36,096 nucleotides of DNA from Candidatus Woesearchaeota archaeon (GTDB lineage: Archaea; Nanobdellota; Nanobdellia; Pacearchaeales; GW2011-AR1). The notes beneath the pieces are model-generated. The model saw nothing but the letters and a program-made list of their open reading frames with translations, searched no databases and had not been told where the DNA came from. The DNA is taken from assembly GCA_964655925.1 (NCBI GenBank), contig CAZZNU010000002.1, forward strand, positions 1 through 36,096, in the 5' to 3' direction. This document shows positions 17,476-25,238 of this stretch, piece after piece; position 1 is the first letter of the stretch, and each line of letters starts with the position of its first letter. The position numbers and the translations under genes were made by a program.

Positions 17476-20400
17476 CTAATCTTATTATTACACTTCCGCC
17501 GGTAGACGATATAGTAATATTTCCAGAAGTTGTGTTTATTACAGGATGATTTGTGCCTGTATTATCTACATCAATTAGTAATCCACCTTTTGTACCATTT
17601 ACATGGAACTTTTTTTGTGGTGTAGTTGTGCCGATTCCAACATTGCCCGTTGAACCAAGAGTTACTATCCTTGTATCTGCACCAGCACTATTAACAAGAT
17701 TAAAAGTCATAGATCCGTCTAATAGTCTTATATAAGAAGCTCCAATCGAAGTATTCTCTCTCCCCCATGAACCGGTATAACGCCAATTATTACTTATGCC
17801 TGCACCCATATAGGTCAAACCGGGTTCACTTGCCCATAAATATAAATCAGAATTTGTATTAGCATTATTTTCAGCTTTAAGATGTATTTGTGAAGTAGTA
17901 TGAGAACCTTGTATATTCAATAATTTATCAGGGTTACTTGTCCCAATTCCTACTCTATCCGTATTTGAATTAACAAATAAAGTATTCGTGTCAACAGTTA
18001 GGTTTTTAACAAAAACATTATTCTCAGCAAATGTATTCGCTTTGTTAATAAACGCTACATTAGTCATATTTCCTGTCCACCTAGGGTCTGTCTCTGTCTT
18101 TATACTAGATGAATTAACTGCTTGAAGTTGGGAATAAGTTACAGCATCGGTGGCTGAAGAACCGCTCGCTAGTCCTGTGATTTTATTGGAATTCATTGCT
18201 AAAGTTCCCCTAATATTGACTGTGCCATTTACATCTAATGTTGATGTTGGGGATATTGTTCCTATGCCTACTCGTTTGTTTTGAACTCCGCCTGAACCGT
18301 CGGATTCTGAGTAAATAGAAAGTATATTTTCGCTATCTACTCTAAACACATATCCTTCAGGGGTGCCAGTTAATGCTGCTGACGAAACTGGCATATCCAT
18401 TGCTGTTACAAGTCCTGAATCTTCTGAAAAAGATAGCGTTCCTATATTTAGTGTTCCACCAACATCAATTTCGTTATTAGGATTTACTTTAAACATATTA
18501 ATCACTCCTGTTCCTGAAGAATCGACTGCACTTATCCATTCATTATTAGCAATCTTTAATTTATCAAACGAGCCCAAGTTTGCAGAAATGTTGGTAACTG
18601 TTAGATTATCTTTGATGATAACACTACCACTAACATCTAATTTGGCAGCTGGTACTGATGTCCCAATTCCTACATTGCCAGATCCTAATAGCGTCATAGC
18701 AGTTGTTCCTTTCGGGCTTAGTGTTATCTTATTTGTATTAGAATTATATCCTGTTGAGATATCTAAAGAATTTGAACCAGATCCACTATAAGTTATTTTG
18801 GCATTTTTATTGCTTCCACCATCTTCTGTGAATGATGTAAATGTTAATACTGTAGAACTACCTGTTCTTCCTCTTATATGCAAACTGCTAGTTGGCACGG
18901 CTGTCCCAATACCGACTTGTTTATTTGTGGCATCGATAAATAAAGCATTTGTGTTAAATGATTGATTATATGCTCCAAACGAATTCGCTTTATTAACAAA
19001 AGCTACATTAGAAAAATTACCTGTCCATCTAGGATCTGTTTCAGTCTTTATGCCAGATGAATTGACAGCTTTAAGTTGAGAAAAAGTCACAGCCTCTGTG
19101 TCTGAAGAAGCATTTGCTAAGCCTGTGATTTTATTAGAGTTCATCGTTAAATTACCTTCTACTGAAACATTACCTACAATGTGTAGATTTGCATTAGGAG
19201 TAGCAGTTCCAATGCCGACCCTTCCAACATTTGTTAAATTCATAGCATTTAAATTAATACTTTTTACCGCATTTTCATAAGGAACAAAATCTCCACTGAC
19301 AATATTACTAACTGCTTGAAGCTGAGCATAGGTTACAGCATCAGTGCCAGAAGAACCATTTTTTAGACCTGTTATAACATAATTGTTCATTGTTAGATTA
19401 CCTTCTACTGAAACATTGCCTGCAACATGCAGTTTTGACTTTGGAGAGCCTGTTCCAATGCCTATATTCCCTGCATCTGTAATCCTCAACCTTTCTTGTG
19501 GTGAATTCCCTCCAGTTTTTATCAAAAAATCACCTGCACCTCCACTTCTTCTGATTCCACCAATTTCTGGGCCATATCCATCTGATGTACTTGTTCTAAA
19601 TTTAATAAAAGCGCCACCATCTTCATTAGTAGCATCGTTTGCATGCACTCCTTGCAATGTGATGTAATTTCTATGTGTTCCAGCAGTACCTGTTGCAGGA
19701 AAATTTAAAGTACTAATTGTAACGGTGCCATTAGTGGTTAGTGCCTGATTTCCTAAATTCACTGATTTTGAAGCACCTGTATAAGGTATAAAGTCACCAC
19801 TAACAGTATTGCTAACTGCTTGGAGCTGAGCATAAGTCACAGCATCATAAGGTGAAGAACCGTTAGATAAATTAGTAATTTTTTTATTGTTCATTATAAT
19901 ATTTCCAGTAATATTTAACCCTGCGAACTTTGGACTACTTGCTATTGTAACATTTTGGTCCATTGCATAAAGTTTATTTGCACCTTGCCCGGTATTTATT
20001 GTAGTAGCATTCAATGTTCCAACCGAGACCGATCCAGTTGTGGTTAGTCCTTGACCGCTTAAGTTTATTGGTTTTGTCGCACCTGTGTATGGAATAAAAT
20101 CAGACAAATCTTGGTTTGTGTACATTCTTAGTTTCCCATTTTTAAATTCAAAAATAGGATGCTCTATATTTAACCTAAAAGAAGTTGTTGCTGTATACAT
20201 CATTCCTAGCATAATATAGATGTATCCATCCTCAGTTGTAGGTAAGTTTTGAGTTAAATAATCTCCACTAGTTGTTCCTGCACCAGCTAAAACAAATAGG
20301 CCATCATTATTTATTGTACCTTTAAGATAAATTGGCTTATGCGCTGTCCATCCACTCTGAACATTTTGATTATATCTAAAATTTGTGCCCATAGAAACAG

Positions 20401-22909
20401 ATGAATAAATATAAGAAGTTGAAGTAGCGGCGTTTGCAGCAACGGTAGCAGTCGTATAATATGCTAAAATGGGACTATTAACAACAAAAGGTTGGGAGTT
20501 AACAGTCTTTGCATTAGCTGATGTACTATCTCCAATAACAATTGGATGATACCTTCCATCTGAAGCCATCATTAAAAGTTTATATCTCGTTATTTGTTCT
20601 CCTGCAATTACCCCAGAACCACTCCATCTAACTGTATATGATTCTGTTCCATCTACATAATCTGCCCATACCCAACGACCAACTCCATCTATTGTGGTGT
20701 ATGTTAAAATTGCTACTGTGTTAACAGGTAAATGTGTCGTAAAAGCTCCTGCATTTCTGTAAACTTGTATTGCACCTAAATTATTTATGTTTAAAGTGGT
20801 CGTAGAAGCTCCTGCTATTCCTATTTTATAAGCTATTGTTAATCCATTATAATAGTTTTTTATATCTGAATTTGTTCCTAACCATGTTCCTGCAGTTGTT
20901 CCAGATCCTTCAACATAATATAGGCTATCACTAACACTTGCAAAATCACTTGAGTTTAACCCATCTAATAAGTCCGCATCTAAACCACTACCACTACCAT
21001 CATTACCTTCGTGCCAAATTTTATTCCCCTCAACTGCTATTGTTCCCGCAGATATCCTAGTTATTGTAGTATCCGATGCGTGTCCTATGTTAATTCCTGT
21101 AAATTGTGGGCTACTAGATGTTGTAACATTTTGATTCATTGCATAAAGTTTATTTGCACCTTGCCCGGTATTTATTGTAGTAGCATTCAATGTGCCAACC
21201 GAAACCGATCCAGTTGTGGTTAGTCCTTGACTGCCTAAGTTTATTGGCTTTGTTGCACCTGTGTATGGAACAAAATCGCCACTAACAGTGTTACTAACTG
21301 CTTGGAGCTGAGCGTAAGTCACAGCATCGGTGGCCGAAGAACCGTTAGATAAATTAGTAATCTTTTTATTATTCATTATAATATTTCCAGTAATATTTAA
21401 CCCTGCAAACTTTGGACTACTTGCTATTGTAACATTTTGGTCCATTGCATAAAGTTTGTTTGCGCCTTGTCCAGTATTTATTGTAGTAGCATTCAATGTG
21501 CCAACCGAAACCGACCCGGTTGTACTTAACCCTTGACCGTTTAAGTTTATTGGTTTTGTTGCACCTGTGTATGGAACAAAATCGCCACTAACAGTATTAC
21601 TAACTGCTTGGAGCTGAGCGTAAGTCACGGCATCGGTGGCCGAAGAACCATTCGATAAGCCAGTGATTTTATTGGAATTCATTGCTAAAGTTCCCCTAAT
21701 ATTGACTGTACCATTTACATCTAATGTCGATGTTGGAGATATTGTTCCTATGCCTACTCGTTTATTTTGAACTCCGCCTGAACCGTCGGATTCTGAGTAA
21801 ATAGAAAGTATATTTTCGCTATCTACTCTAAACACATATCCTTCAGGGGTGCCAGTTAATGCTGCTGACGAAACTGGCATATCCATTGCTGTTACAAGTC
21901 CTGAATCTTCTGAAAAAGATAGCGTTCCTATATTTAGTGTTCCACCAACATCAATTTCGTTATTAGGATTTACTTTAAACATATTAATCACTCCTGTTCC
22001 TGAAGAATCGACTGCACTTATCCACTCATTATTAGCAATTTTTAATTTATCAAACGAGCCCAAATTTGCAGAAATATTATATATGCCTAATGTTAAATTT
22101 TTGGTTGCTCCTAAGTATGGAAGGAAATCATCTGTAATTGACGTACTAATCGATTGAAGTTGAGCATAAGTTACAGCATCAGTAGCTGAAGAACCATTCG
22201 CTAAACCAGTGATTTTATTAGAATTCATTGCTAATAACCCCGAGATGGACGCATTTCCATCAACTGTTAATTTATAAGTTGGAGAAGTTAATCCTATTCC
22301 GACATTTCCAACATTAAAATAAATGTTATTTCCGGAAGTTATCCATTGGGAGGCTCCTTCAATTCCTGACAAATTTAAGTTTATTAACTTTGAACCATCT
22401 CCTATGAAATAGGAAGCTGTTATATTCCCTGTTGTTATAAGATTTTGCCCTGATAAATTTACCTGAGAATTAAACTCTACTCCAGAAATTGTAACATTTT
22501 GGGCTCTGACGGCGTACGGCGTCGATGTTAAATTTATTCTGGGCGTCATTTCAGCATCAGAACCTACCTTTATTCCCAAAAAATATTGCGTATCTGCTTT
22601 TATCTTATCAATACCATCTAAAATTACATCATATATGCCTTCACTATCTGGTGTTATTGTTTTAAGTTTTGTATACACGGGAGTGCCACCGGTGTAAGAA
22701 TTATAAATAGAAAAATTTATGTTAGTTGCAGTTGTTATCGGAGCTCCATCAGAATTTGTAAGTTTACCATGGATATTAAATGTTTGAGGTATAGCACTAA
22801 CGACAGTAAGTAAAAATAAAAAAAGTAACACAGTAGTCAAGTGTCCGAGGTAAGATATCTGAAGTCCGACAGTTAATTTCTTCTTTATCATGTTTCCTCT
22901 TTTGTTCAT
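17471..22909 (-). CDS. Giant secreted repeat protein, tail-fibre/adhesin-like (1812 aa)
   Basis: N-terminal signal/TM (LTTVLLFLFLLTVVSA). 7 copies of NKITGL-x-GSSATDAVTYAQLQ-type motifs. 9 copies of (G)xVGIGTxxPxxxLxVxG motifs. KIWHEGNDGSGSGLDADLLDG motif as in phage tail fibres. ETDPRW motifs. No C-terminal anchor. Confidence 0.9.
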   Translation of the reverse strand: MNKRGNMIKKKLTVGLQISYLGHLTTVLLFLFLLTVVSAIPQTFNIHGKLTNSDGAPITTATNINFSIYNSYTGGTPVYTKLKTITPDSEGIYDVILDGIDKIKADTQYFLGIKVGSDAEMTPRINLTSTPYAVRAQNVTISGVEFNSQVNLSGQNLITTGNITASYFIGDGSKLINLNLSGIEGASQWITSGNNIYFNVGNVGIGLTSPTYKLTVDGNASISGLLAMNSNKITGLANGSSATDAVTYAQLQSISTSITDDFLPYLGATKNLTLGIYNISANLGSFDKLKIANNEWISAVDSSGTGVINMFKVNPNNEIDVGGTLNIGTLSFSEDSGLVTAMDMPVSSAALTGTPEGYVFRVDSENILSIYSESDGSGGVQNKRVGIGTISPTSTLDVNGTVNIRGTLAMNSNKITGLSNGSSATDAVTYAQLQAVSNTVSGDFVPYTGATKPINLNGQGLSTTGSVSVGTLNATTINTGQGANKLYAMDQNVTIASSPKFAGLNITGNIIMNNKKITNLSNGSSATDAVTYAQLQAVSNTVSGDFVPYTGATKPINLGSQGLTTTGSVSVGTLNATTINTGQGANKLYAMNQNVTTSSSPQFTGINIGHASDTTITRISAGTIAVEGNKIWHEGNDGSGSGLDADLLDGLNSSDFASVSDSLYYVEGSGTTAGTWLGTNSDIKNYYNGLTIAYKIGIAGASTTTLNINNLGAIQVYRNAGAFTTHLPVNTVAILTYTTIDGVGRWVWADYVDGTESYTVRWSGSGVIAGEQITRYKLLMMASDGRYHPIVIGDSTSANAKTVNSQPFVVNSPILAYYTTATVAANAATSTSYIYSSVSMGTNFRYNQNVQSGWTAHKPIYLKGTINNDGLFVLAGAGTTSGDYLTQNLPTTEDGYIYIMLGMMYTATTSFRLNIEHPIFEFKNGKLRMYTNQDLSDFIPYTGATKPINLSGQGLTTTGSVSVGTLNATTINTGQGANKLYAMDQNVTIASSPKFAGLNITGNIIMNNKKITNLSNGSSPYDAVTYAQLQAVSNTVSGDFIPYTGASKSVNLGNQALTTNGTVTISTLNFPATGTAGTHRNYITLQGVHANDATNEDGGAFIKFRTSTSDGYGPEIGGIRRSGGAGDFLIKTGGNSPQERLRITDAGNIGIGTGSPKSKLHVAGNVSVEGNLTMNNYVITGLKNGSSGTDAVTYAQLQAVSNIVSGDFVPYENAVKSINLNAMNLTNVGRVGIGTATPNANLHIVGNVSVEGNLTMNSNKITGLANASSDTEAVTFSQLKAVNSSGIKTETDPRWTGNFSNVAFVNKANSFGAYNQSFNTNALFIDATNKQVGIGTAVPTSSLHIRGRTGSSTVLTFTSFTEDGGSNKNAKITYSGSGSNSLDISTGYNSNTNKITLSPKGTTAMTLLGSGNVGIGTSVPAAKLDVSGSVIIKDNLTVTNISANLGSFDKLKIANNEWISAVDSSGTGVINMFKVNPNNEIDVGGTLNIGTLSFSEDSGLVTAMDMPVSSAALTGTPEGYVFRVDSENILSIYSESDGSGGVQNKRVGIGTISPTSTLDVNGTVNIRGTLAMNSNKITGLASGSSATDAVTYSQLQAVNSSSIKTETDPRWTGNMTNVAFINKANTFAENNVFVKNLTVDTNTLFVNSNTDRVGIGTSNPDKLLNIQGSHTTSQIHLKAENNANTNSDLYLWASEPGLTYMGAGISNNWRYTGSWGRENTSIGASYIRLLDGSMTFNLVNSAGADTRIVTLGSTGNVGIGTTTPQKKFHVNGTKGGLLIDVDNTGTNHPVINTTSGNITISSTGGSVIIRLG
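18177..18589. repeat. Intragenic long repeat A (copy 1 of 2)
   Basis: 413 bp aligned by eye to 21663-22075 with about 7 mismatches. The offset is exactly 3486 bp (1162 codons, in frame). Confidence 0.9.
19795..20101. repeat. Intragenic repeat C, dispersed copy (~307 bp)
   Basis: Aligns by eye to 21277-21583 (offset 1482 bp, in frame) at roughly 90-95% identity. Encodes SGDF(V/I)PYTGATKPINL..GQGL.TTGSVSVGTLNATTINTGQGANKLYAMDQNV...NKKITNLSNGSS..DAVTYAQLQAV. Confidence 0.85.
21101..21583. repeat. Intragenic repeat C, tandem copies (partial ~176 bp plus full ~307 bp)
   Basis: 21101-21276 is a partial unit. 21277-21583 is a full unit homologous to 19795-20101. Confidence 0.8.
21663..22075. repeat. 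Intragenic long repeat A (copy 2 of 2)
   Basis: See 18177-18589. The track's antisense ORFs 18363..18791 and 21849..22157 share an identical 75-aa N-terminus, which independently confirms the duplication. Confidence 0.9.
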
Positions 22910-22940
22910 TTTATCGTTACAGTTATTATATAACTACAGT

Positions 22941-22950
22941 ATTTAAAATA
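22941..22950 (-). promoter_or_regulatory. TATA-like box upstream of the giant gene
   Basis: The minus strand reads TATTTTAAAT, 32-41 nt upstream of ATG 22909 and 3 nt from heptad array 3. Confidence 0.3.
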
Positions 22951-22952
22951 TT

Positions 22953-23043
22953 GGTTGACGGTAAGCGGTAAACAGTTGACAGTAAACGGTTGACAGTTGA
23001 CAGTAAACGGTTGACAGTTGACAGTAAACCGCATGCCGTAAGC
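22953..23043 (-). repeat. Heptad array 3: 13 tandem units in the opposite orientation, with a 21-bp higher-order period
   Basis: The plus strand reads GGTTGAC GGTAAGC GGTAAAC AGTTGAC AGTAAAC GGTTGAC AGTTGAC AGTAAAC GGTTGAC AGTTGAC AGTAAAC CGCATGC CGTAAGC. The 21-bp unit AGTTGACAGTAAACGGTTGAC occurs twice perfectly, followed by a partial third copy. Confidence 0.92.
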
Positions 23044-23052
23044 TTTAAATAA
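23044..23052 (+). promoter_or_regulatory. TATA-like box (TTTAAATAA) upstream of the 23073 gene
   Basis: Lies 21-29 nt upstream of ATG 23073 and directly abuts heptad array 3. Confidence 0.35.
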
Positions 23053-23072
23053 TAATTTATACAATACTTTTT

Positions 23073-23360
23073 ATGGTTAAGAAAAAAGAGGTTAAAAAGA
23101 CAAAAAAACCTGTCAAACCATCAGCTAAAAAAAAGACGAAAAAACAAAAAGAACTTTTTGAAAAGTATTGGTTCTGGGCTATTGTATCTAGCGTTGTTGG
23201 ATTTTTCGTAGCAGCAGTTATTTTCGGTACTGCAGGAATAGTACTAGGTTCGCTGAGTTTGAAGAAAAAAGAGAATAAAAACAGAGCTATCCTTGGAATA
23301 GTTTTAGGTTCTGTAGATGTTCTACTCTGGGTAGTTTCTTTGTTTGTTTTATATCTTTAA
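23073..23360 (+). CDS. Small membrane protein with a Lys-rich N-terminal tail and two TM helices
   Basis: 95 aa. MVKKKEVKKTKKPVKPSAKKKTKKQK, followed by two hydrophobic helices (DUF4190-like topology, by eye). Confidence 0.6.
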   Translation: MVKKKEVKKTKKPVKPSAKKKTKKQKELFEKYWFWAIVSSVVGFFVAAVIFGTAGIVLGSLSLKKKENKNRAILGIVLGSVDVLLWVVSLFVLYL

Positions 23361-23396
23361 GCAAGAATTTATAAGTATTTTTTATTTGTTTATTTG

Positions 23397-24380
23397 ATGG
23401 TAATAGTATTAGGTGTAGAATCTACTGCACATACTTTTGGGGTAGCTGTGGTTAGAGATGGTAAGATTTTATCAAATGTAAAGAGTGTTTACACTACTTC
23501 TTCTGGGGGAATGATACCAATTGAGGTAAAAAAACATCACGAAGAGGTCTCTGAAAACCTGTACAGAAGGGCACTGGAAGAATCAAATATCAAAGAGAGC
23601 AATGTAGATGCTATTGCCTTTTCTAATGCTCCAGGTTTGGCACCCTGTTTAATTGTTGGTCTGAATTTTTCTAAAAAAAAATCTGAAAAATTAAAAATCC
23701 CCTTAATACCTGTTAATCATTGTATTGCCCATTTAGCTATTGGAGAAACTTTAGGTGCTAAGGACCCTGTAATGCTATACACATCTGGGGCCAACACTCA
23801 AGTGATAGCGTATGAATCTGGTAAATATAGAATATTTGGAGAGACTTTAGACATTGGTGTTGGAAACTTTATAGATAGTTTCGCAAGATTCGCAGGATTA
23901 GGATTTCCTGGTGGTCCAAAAATAGAAGAGTTAGCGAAAAAAGGAAAAAAGTTAATAGAATTACCATATTCAATAAAAGGAATGGATGTTAGTTATACGG
24001 GACTTCAAACCAAATTAAAAAAACTACTATCTGATGGAGAGAAAATAGAAGATTTGAGTTACTCATTACAAGAATATATTTTTTCAATACTTACCGAGGC
24101 TAGCGAAAGAGCATTAGCGCATACTGGGAAAAAAGAATTGTTATTAGGAGGCGGTGTTGCTTGTAATTCTAGACTTCAAGAGATGTGTAAAATAATGTGC
24201 TTAGAAAGAGGCGTGGATTTTTTCTGCCCTGATAAGAGCTTACTTGTGGATAACGCAGGGATGATTGCTTACTTGGGATGGAAGATGCTCAAATCAAAAA
24301 AATATGATTATAAAGACAATATTTTCCTAGACATTAACCCAAAAGAAAGAACAGATATGGTAGAAGTAACTTGGAAATAG
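23397..24380 (+). CDS. kae1: tRNA N6-adenosine threonylcarbamoyltransferase Kae1 (archaeal type, not fused to Bud32)
   Basis: VLGVESTAHTFGVAVV N-terminus, metal-binding NHCIAHL (HxxxH), LYTSGANTQV, GGGVACNSRL. ATG at 23397; the track start at 23394 is a TTG. Confidence 0.9.
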   Translation: MVIVLGVESTAHTFGVAVVRDGKILSNVKSVYTTSSGGMIPIEVKKHHEEVSENLYRRALEESNIKESNVDAIAFSNAPGLAPCLIVGLNFSKKKSEKLKIPLIPVNHCIAHLAIGETLGAKDPVMLYTSGANTQVIAYESGKYRIFGETLDIGVGNFIDSFARFAGLGFPGGPKIEELAKKGKKLIELPYSIKGMDVSYTGLQTKLKKLLSDGEKIEDLSYSLQEYIFSILTEASERALAHTGKKELLLGGGVACNSRLQEMCKIMCLERGVDFFCPDKSLLVDNAGMIAYLGWKMLKSKKYDYKDNIFLDINPKERTDMVEVTWK

Positions 24381-24431
24381 TTTGAAACCTGTACACGCAA
24401 ATAATATAAATGTGTTTTAATTAATTTTTCT

Positions 24432-25238
24432 ATGAACATAATTAAAGCATCTGGTGCTATAGAGTTGTTTGATTCCAAAAAAATTTATTATACAATAAGA
24501 GAAGCTGGTGCTTCTAATAAATTAGCAAAAGAAGCAGTGAGAGCAGTTCGTTCTATTATATATGACGGTATTACCAGTGAGGAAATATTGAAATTTTTAT
24601 TAAATTTTTTAAAAAAAGAAAAAGGCGTTTCACAGAGATATAATTTAAAAAAAGCTGTGATGTCCCTTGGTCCCTCTGGGTTTCCTTTCGAAAAGTATTT
24701 TGCTAAAATATTGGATTTATATGGATACAAAACAAATGTTGGAGTACGACTGAAAGGGAAAAGAGTACTACACGAAGTAGACATTGTAGCTATTAAGAAT
24801 AAAAAAGCTATGATAGAATGTAAGTATCACAACCAATCTGGTATTTCTACTGGTTTACAACCCGCAATGTACACATATGCTCGGTTTTTAGATTTAAAGG
24901 GACACAATTTTAATTTCCCTTGGCTCGTAACAAACACAAAGTGTTCTATTGACGCCCAAAACTATGCTGAGGGGGTTGACTTGAAAATTACGAGTTGGAA
25001 CTATCCTCCTAACGAAAGTTTACTCAAACTAATAGAGAATAAAAGAATCTATCCTATTACTATTTCAAACACTTTAAAAAAATATGAACTGGAAAAGTTT
25101 TTTGACGCTAACATCATTACAGTAAAAGATTTATTAAGAATAGACATAGATAAAATTGTTAATCTTACCGGAATAAATAAAAGTAGAATTCAGAAAATTG
25201 TTCAAGAAATTAAACTTATAAATGATAATGTTTCTTAG
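24432..25238 (+). CDS. ATP-cone domain protein fused to a PD-(D/E)xK nuclease-like core and a C-terminal helix-hairpin-helix
   Basis: The N-terminal ~90 aa is ATP-cone-like (IKASGAIELFDSKKI...). The core HEVDIVAIKNKKAMIECKYH gives a D...ExK pattern. The C-terminus ITVKDLLRIDIDKIVNLTGINKSRIQKIV is HhH-like. Confidence 0.7.
   Translation: MNIIKASGAIELFDSKKIYYTIREAGASNKLAKEAVRAVRSIIYDGITSEEILKFLLNFLKKEKGVSQRYNLKKAVMSLGPSGFPFEKYFAKILDLYGYKTNVGVRLKGKRVLHEVDIVAIKNKKAMIECKYHNQSGISTGLQPAMYTYARFLDLKGHNFNFPWLVTNTKCSIDAQNYAEGVDLKITSWNYPPNESLLKLIENKRIYPITISNTLKKYELEKFFDANIITVKDLLRIDIDKIVNLTGINKSRIQKIVQEIKLINDNVS

Noticed and set aside
17553-22157. Plus-strand ORFs inside the giant gene (17553.., 18363.., 19098.., 19383.., 21011.., 21849..)
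   Set aside because: They are antisense to a continuous 1812-codon frame. They are useful only as independent evidence of the DNA duplication, because 18363.. and 21849.. share an identical N-terminus.
22495-22535. Local G+C-rich patch (gggctctgacggcgtacggcgtcgatg) in the giant gene, considered as a possible structured RNA or tRNA fragment
   Set aside because: It codes for the conserved TPYAVRAQNV segment in frame. It is not a true palindrome and has no tRNA-like arms.
22953-23043. Heptad arrays as a CRISPR array, replication origin or coding sequence
   Set aside because: The period is 7 bp with no unique spacers, and no cas genes are present. There are no ORB-like 20-30-bp boxes and no adjacent orc1/cdc6. 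Translation of the arrays gives stops or trivial peptides.
24488-24784. Antisense ORF within the ATP-cone gene
   Set aside because: Shadow ORF with no motifs.
24432-25238. ATP-cone/PD-(D/E)xK gene as part of a restriction-modification or multi-gene defence system
   Set aside because: No methyltransferase, specificity subunit, helicase or other defence-associated gene is adjacent. The neighbours are kae1 and a membrane protein. It is kept only as a solitary-gene observation.
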